Source: Nitratidesulfovibrio vulgaris str. Hildenborough (GTDB lineage: Bacteria > Desulfobacterota > Desulfovibrionia > Desulfovibrionales > Desulfovibrionaceae). From it: 32,000 bases of DNA. The notes under the pieces were generated by a model, which was not told the DNA's origin, did not search any database, and saw nothing but the letters and a program-made list of their open reading frames with translations. The stretch is from assembly GCF_000195755.1 (NCBI RefSeq), contig NC_002937.3:1830001-1862000 (forward strand). The letters run 5' to 3'. The stretch's first letter is position 1. Each line of letters opens with the position of its first letter. Shown piece after piece: positions 27,939 to 32,000 of the stretch. Made by a program: the position numbers and the translations under genes.

Positions 27939-28211
27939 TTACTTCACCGCGTCCTTGAGCGTCTTGCCGGGGCGGAACTTGACGACCTTGGAAGCGGGGA
28001 TCTTGATTTCTGCGCCGGTGCGGGGGTTGCGTCCCTTGCGCTCCTGACGCGATTCGACGGCGAACGTGCCGAAGCCGGTGAGCGTCAGCTTGCCTTCACT
28101 GGCCAGAACATCCTTCACCGCGTCGAGGAACGCATTGAGGGAACGCTCGGCACTGGCTTTCGTCAGATTGGCCTTCGCTGCAATCTTGTCAACCAGGTCA
28201 GCCTTTGTCAT
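27939..28211 (-). CDS. hup: Nucleoid protein HU
   Basis: MTKADLVDKIA...GFGTFAVESRQERKGRNPRTGAEIKIPASKVVKFRPGKTLKDAV is the canonical HU/IHF fold signature. 90 aa. GGAGAGGAGG RBS. Confidence 0.95.
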   Translation of the reverse strand: MTKADLVDKIAAKANLTKASAERSLNAFLDAVKDVLASEGKLTLTGFGTFAVESRQERKGRNPRTGAEIKIPASKVVKFRPGKTLKDAVK

Positions 28212-28412
28212 CTGCCTTGTCCTCCTCTCCTTCGGGGGGTTACTTCAGCCATGAACATAGCGAGGCAGAGGTGACAGACGGTCGGGCCTGCCGCCAGCCG
28301 CGCCCTTGCGCTTTTTTTCCCAAACCACAAATGGGCTTACCAGATGCGGCCACGCCGCGCAACAACCACAATCAACGGAACAATCATCGAAAACACGATT
28401 CTACCAATCAAG

Positions 28413-29213
28413 TCAAGCGATAGCCGACATGGCAACGGCTTCTCCCAATGCGATGAAACGCTCCGGAGACAGCGTCTCGGGACGCGCGGCGGGGTCGATG
28501 CCAAGCCCTGCGAGAAGGGCAGAGGCATCACCACCCACATGAGGCCTCAATATCCCCTGCAACTGCTTGCGGCGCTGCTGGAAACAGAGGCGCAACACAC
28601 GGGCCAGGCGCTTCGACTGGACGGCATCGGGCCTGTCGGTACGCGGGGTGAAGGCAAGCACCGCCGAATCGACCTTGGGACGGGGCGTGAAGACATGCGG
28701 CGGCACAACGAAGCACCACTCCGGCTTCGTGAAGCACTGCAGCCACACGGAAAGCGCCCCGTACTGCCGGCTGCCCGGTGCGGCAACGATACGCTCACCC
28801 ACCTCCTTCTGGATCATGAACGAGGCGCGGAGGAGACCGGGCGCACGACTGCATATGTCCCACATGAGCGGTGAGGCGACATTGTAGGGCAGATTGCCGA
28901 TGACCTTCCACGGATGCGCCGCATCGAGCCTTTCCCATGGGAAGAGCAAGGCATCCGTCAAGACCACCTGTGCTTCGGGAGTACCCGCCAATGGATGAAG
29001 GCGATGCTCGCGTGCCCAGTGATGGTCCTTCTCAAGCAGAAAGAGACGGGCGGGCCCGGCGGCATGGATATGCCGTGTCAACGCCCCCGGCCCGGGGCCG
29101 ATTTCGATCACCCAGTCATCGGGCCCAATATGCAACTGCGCGGCGATGCGTGCGGCGATGTTCCTGTCCTTGAGGAAGTTCTGGCCAAGGCTCTTCTTCG
29201 CACGAGGGGGCAT
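28413..29213 (-). CDS. ksgA: 16S rRNA (adenine1518/1519-N6)-dimethyltransferase
   Basis: KKSLGQNFL, VIEIGPGPGALT and GNLPYNV. I chose the start at ATG 29213 (MPPRAKKSLGQNFL, GAGG 7 nt upstream). The ORF stays open to 29342, so a longer N-terminus overlapping the upstream gene cannot be excluded. Confidence 0.85.
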   Translation of the reverse strand: MPPRAKKSLGQNFLKDRNIAARIAAQLHIGPDDWVIEIGPGPGALTRHIHAAGPARLFLLEKDHHWAREHRLHPLAGTPEAQVVLTDALLFPWERLDAAHPWKVIGNLPYNVASPLMWDICSRAPGLLRASFMIQKEVGERIVAAPGSRQYGALSVWLQCFTKPEWCFVVPPHVFTPRPKVDSAVLAFTPRTDRPDAVQSKRLARVLRLCFQQRRKQLQGILRPHVGGDASALLAGLGIDPAARPETLSPERFIALGEAVAMSAIA

Positions 29214-29304
29214 GGCAGGACCTCTTCCCCCCTCGGACGTGCCCTGCCCTTCTGCGGCTGCCACGCCTTCTTCCTCCGCATCGCGCACCGCCCGGGGGCT
29301 TCTC

Positions 29305-29820
29305 TCACGCCGCATCGTCACCTCCGTTGCGGGTTTCCACATGCTTTCGCAGCAGCTTGATCATGCGCCGCTGCCTGTAGGCGTTCACGCCCTTGAATGT
29401 AAGTACGTACGCGACGAACGCCGCAGGAATGCCTAGGATGACACCGCCGATGGTCATGACGGCCACAAGTTCCGCACCCTGCTGGAGCATCTGTGCCAGT
29501 TCAAGCTTGGCAGGGTCGAACACGATGTCCGTATGCCACACGTGATGGCCCACCCAGTAGAGCATCCCGTAGAACGGGATGACATTGACGGGATTCGATA
29601 TCCATGTTCCGGCGACAGCCACCACCTTGCTGCCCCTTACGAGAAACGCAAGGGCGATGGCGACCACCGACTGAAAGGGTATGATGGGCAGAAAGCCGAC
29701 AAAAATCCCAGCAGCCATCCCCATGGCGATGGAATGCGTCGAGCCGGGCTGGCGCAGTATCCGCAGATACTGAAGCCGCAGGGCCCGCTTGAACCTCTGC
29801 CACCAGTCGAGACAGGACAC
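29305..29820 (-). CDS. DUF2062-family membrane protein
   Basis: GTG start 6 nt after the EF-G stop. ...STHSIAMGMAAGIFVGFLPIIPFQ... resembles the DUF2062 signature. Several TM segments. 171 aa. Confidence 0.75.
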   Translation of the reverse strand: MSCLDWWQRFKRALRLQYLRILRQPGSTHSIAMGMAAGIFVGFLPIIPFQSVVAIALAFLVRGSKVVAVAGTWISNPVNVIPFYGMLYWVGHHVWHTDIVFDPAKLELAQMLQQGAELVAVMTIGGVILGIPAAFVAYVLTFKGVNAYRQRRMIKLLRKHVETRNGGDDAA

Positions 29821-29826
29821 GAGCGG

Positions 29827-31875
29827 CTACTCCATGCAGTCAAAACGTTCGAATCGCATAACCAGCCCGGCACGCCCCTGCGTTGCAGAGCGCAGTGCCG
29901 TCGAAAACCCGAAAAGCCCGGCAAGCGGTGCAAGCCCTTGCACGACCTTCTGCCCGCCCCTGTCGAACATGTTCTCCACCTTGCCGCCCCGTGAGCCCAG
30001 TTGCCCGATGGACGCACCAAGATGCGCCTCGGGTACGGAAATCTCCACAGCCATGATGGGTTCCAGCAAGACCGGGCCTGCGGACTGCATGGCCGCCTTC
30101 ACGGCTGCCACCGCCGCCATGTGGTAGCCAGCAGGCGACGAGGCCCCGTCACGACGTTGCATGGACACGACCTCGACATCCACATCCTGCACGGGATACC
30201 CTTTGACGACGCCGCTTTGCAGACTATCGACGACACCTTGGGCCACCGAGTCAACCCATGCCTGCGGCCACCCTTCCGTCGCCATGCCGAAACGCACCCG
30301 GTTGCCCTTGTCACGCTCGCGGGCCGTCACGCGCAAAGAGACCTGCCCGTAGTGCGGCTGGTCACCCAGTTCACGGTCGAACTCGCCTGCGCCCTCGCCC
30401 GTGCCGGACACGGTCTCCTGAAAGACGACCTGCGGGTTGCCCACACGCGGACTCACCCCGTACTCACGCCGGATACGTTCAAGTACCACTTCAAGGTGCA
30501 ACTCGCCCATGCCGGAGAGGATGCGCTGCCCAGTGCCCTCGTCCTGTTCGACGGCAAGCGTGGGGTCTTCAAGGCACAGGCGCTCGAGAACCTCGTCGAG
30601 CTTCTCGCCCTCTTCGGTGTTGCGCGGTTCCATGGCAAGCGAGATGACGGGACGGTAGGCCGCGATATTCTCGAGCAGCACGGGCCGTTCCGCGGCGGCG
30701 ATGGTGTCGCCCGTGCGGGCGGCGCGCAATCCCATGACGCCGACGATGTCGCCGGCGAACGCCTCTTCGATCTGTTCGCGGCGTCCGGCGTGCAGCCGGA
30801 ACAGCTTCGAGACGCGCTCGTCCACTTCACGCGTGACATTGCGACAGGTATCGCCCTCGCACAGCGTCCCGGCATAAAGCCGTACCAGAGCCACCTTGCG
30901 GCTTCCTTCCATGACGACCTTGAAGACCAGCGCAGCCAATGGTGCCTTCGGTTCAGGCGAGACGACCACCCGCCTGCCCTCGCTCCGGTCGAGCCCGCGA
31001 ACCGGTGCCGCGTCGACAGGCGACGGCAGATAGGCACACACGCCGTCGAGAAGGGGCTGCACGCCGGTATTGTGCAAGGCAGACCCCGCAAAGACGGGGA
31101 CAAGGCTGCGCGCCAGCGTCACACGCCTGATGGCGGCACGGATTTCCTCGGGCGCAAGCTCTTCGCCTCCAAGGTACCGGTCGACGATGCCCTCGTCGTT
31201 CTCGGCGAGCGTCTCAAGCATCCTCTCGCGCCACACCTCGCAGAGGCGGGCACTCTCCCCTTCGACCGGCGCACGGGCATAGCTGCGGTCGTGCGCATCG
31301 GCGGGGAAGGTGAGCACTTCACGGGTGACGACATCGACAAGTCCTTCGAATGTCTCACCCTGCCCCATCGGCACGACCAGCGGCAAGGGCACGGCACCCA
31401 GCCGGGTGCGCATGGCGTCGAGGGTGGCTTCGAAATCCGCCCCAAGCCTGTCCATCTTGTTCACGAAGGCGAGTTTGGGGACGCCGAACTTCTCGGACTG
31501 CCGCCACACCGTCTCGGACTGGGGTTCGACACCTCCGACGGCGCAGAAGACCCCCACCGCCCCGTCAAGCACACGCAAAGAGCGCTCGACCTCGATGGTG
31601 AAGTCGACGTGCCCCGGCGTGTCGATGATGTTCACCGTATGCCGTCCCCATGTGCAGGTCGTGCAGGCAGAGGCGATGGTGATGCCACGCTCCTGTTCTT
31701 CGGGCATGAAGTCCATGGTCGCGGTGCCGTCATGCACTTCGCCCATGCGGTGAATCTTCTGGGTGTAAAAGAGAATACGCTCGGAAAGAGTGGTCTTGCC
31801 CGCGTCGATGTGGGCGATGATGCCGATGTTCCGCAAAAGTTCGAGACGGGGGGCGGGGCCATGAGAACTAGCCAT
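29827..31875 (-). CDS. fusA: Elongation factor G paralog, outside an str-operon context
   Basis: GGAG 7 nt upstream of the ATG. Motifs AHIDAGKTT, DTPGHVDF and NKMD. Domains II-V are recognisable. 682 aa. Confidence 0.93.
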   Translation of the reverse strand: MASSHGPAPRLELLRNIGIIAHIDAGKTTLSERILFYTQKIHRMGEVHDGTATMDFMPEEQERGITIASACTTCTWGRHTVNIIDTPGHVDFTIEVERSLRVLDGAVGVFCAVGGVEPQSETVWRQSEKFGVPKLAFVNKMDRLGADFEATLDAMRTRLGAVPLPLVVPMGQGETFEGLVDVVTREVLTFPADAHDRSYARAPVEGESARLCEVWRERMLETLAENDEGIVDRYLGGEELAPEEIRAAIRRVTLARSLVPVFAGSALHNTGVQPLLDGVCAYLPSPVDAAPVRGLDRSEGRRVVVSPEPKAPLAALVFKVVMEGSRKVALVRLYAGTLCEGDTCRNVTREVDERVSKLFRLHAGRREQIEEAFAGDIVGVMGLRAARTGDTIAAAERPVLLENIAAYRPVISLAMEPRNTEEGEKLDEVLERLCLEDPTLAVEQDEGTGQRILSGMGELHLEVVLERIRREYGVSPRVGNPQVVFQETVSGTGEGAGEFDRELGDQPHYGQVSLRVTARERDKGNRVRFGMATEGWPQAWVDSVAQGVVDSLQSGVVKGYPVQDVDVEVVSMQRRDGASSPAGYHMAAVAAVKAAMQSAGPVLLEPIMAVEISVPEAHLGASIGQLGSRGGKVENMFDRGGQKVVQGLAPLAGLFGFSTALRSATQGRAGLVMRFERFDCME

Positions 31876-32000
31876 GGAGCATCTCCGGCGGGAAGGAAGT
31901 GGCGGGAACGTGCCGTCCTATGGTCAGGGAGCGTTCGATGAAAAAATCTGGCGTCAGGTCCGGGAAGGCCCAGCACCCTTCACGGGACGATGTCAGCACA

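Noticed and set aside
31938-32000. Possible plus-strand gene start (GGGAG-6 nt-ATG; MKKSGVRSGKAQHPSRDDVST...) at the window edge, divergent from fusA.
   Set aside because: Only 21 codons are visible, which is not enough to tell it from chance. It needs downstream sequence.

Overview
GC-rich chromosomal segment of a Desulfovibrio-type sulfate reducer. From memory, not a database search, the HydA and HydB translations match the periplasmic [FeFe]-hydrogenase of Desulfovibrio vulgaris Hildenborough. Gene order: (+) tail of a fumarate-lyase-family gene overlapping hydE, then hydF, hydA, hydB. (-) A cytoplasmic multi-cluster [FeFe]-hydrogenase hydC with a NuoF-tail/GltD-like flavoprotein. (+) A YcgR-like PilZ protein. 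(-) Standalone ribB behind an FMN riboswitch. (-) DUF1653, a cation-diffusion-facilitator with three tandem cytoplasmic domains, and a beta-carbonic anhydrase. (-) lutABC. (+) An SDR and a MarC-family membrane protein. A ~560 bp gene-free gap containing an orphan hairpin. (-) A long housekeeping run: EF-G paralog, DUF2062, ksgA; hup and a small membrane ORF; rpsU, yqeY, mutS2, dnaG, rpoD; then a secreted SNase-like nuclease and a GGDEF cyclase. By eye I found no tRNA or rRNA genes, CRISPR arrays, IS or phage genes, or long repeats. The window looks like core genome rather than an accessory island. The best candidates for under-described biology are: the hydC/flavoprotein pair, the triple-CTD CDF transporter, the nuclease-GGDEF bicistron, the hup-coupled small membrane protein, the lyase-hydE coupling, and the orphan-terminator gap. 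All functional assignments rest on motifs read from the translations. No searches were run.
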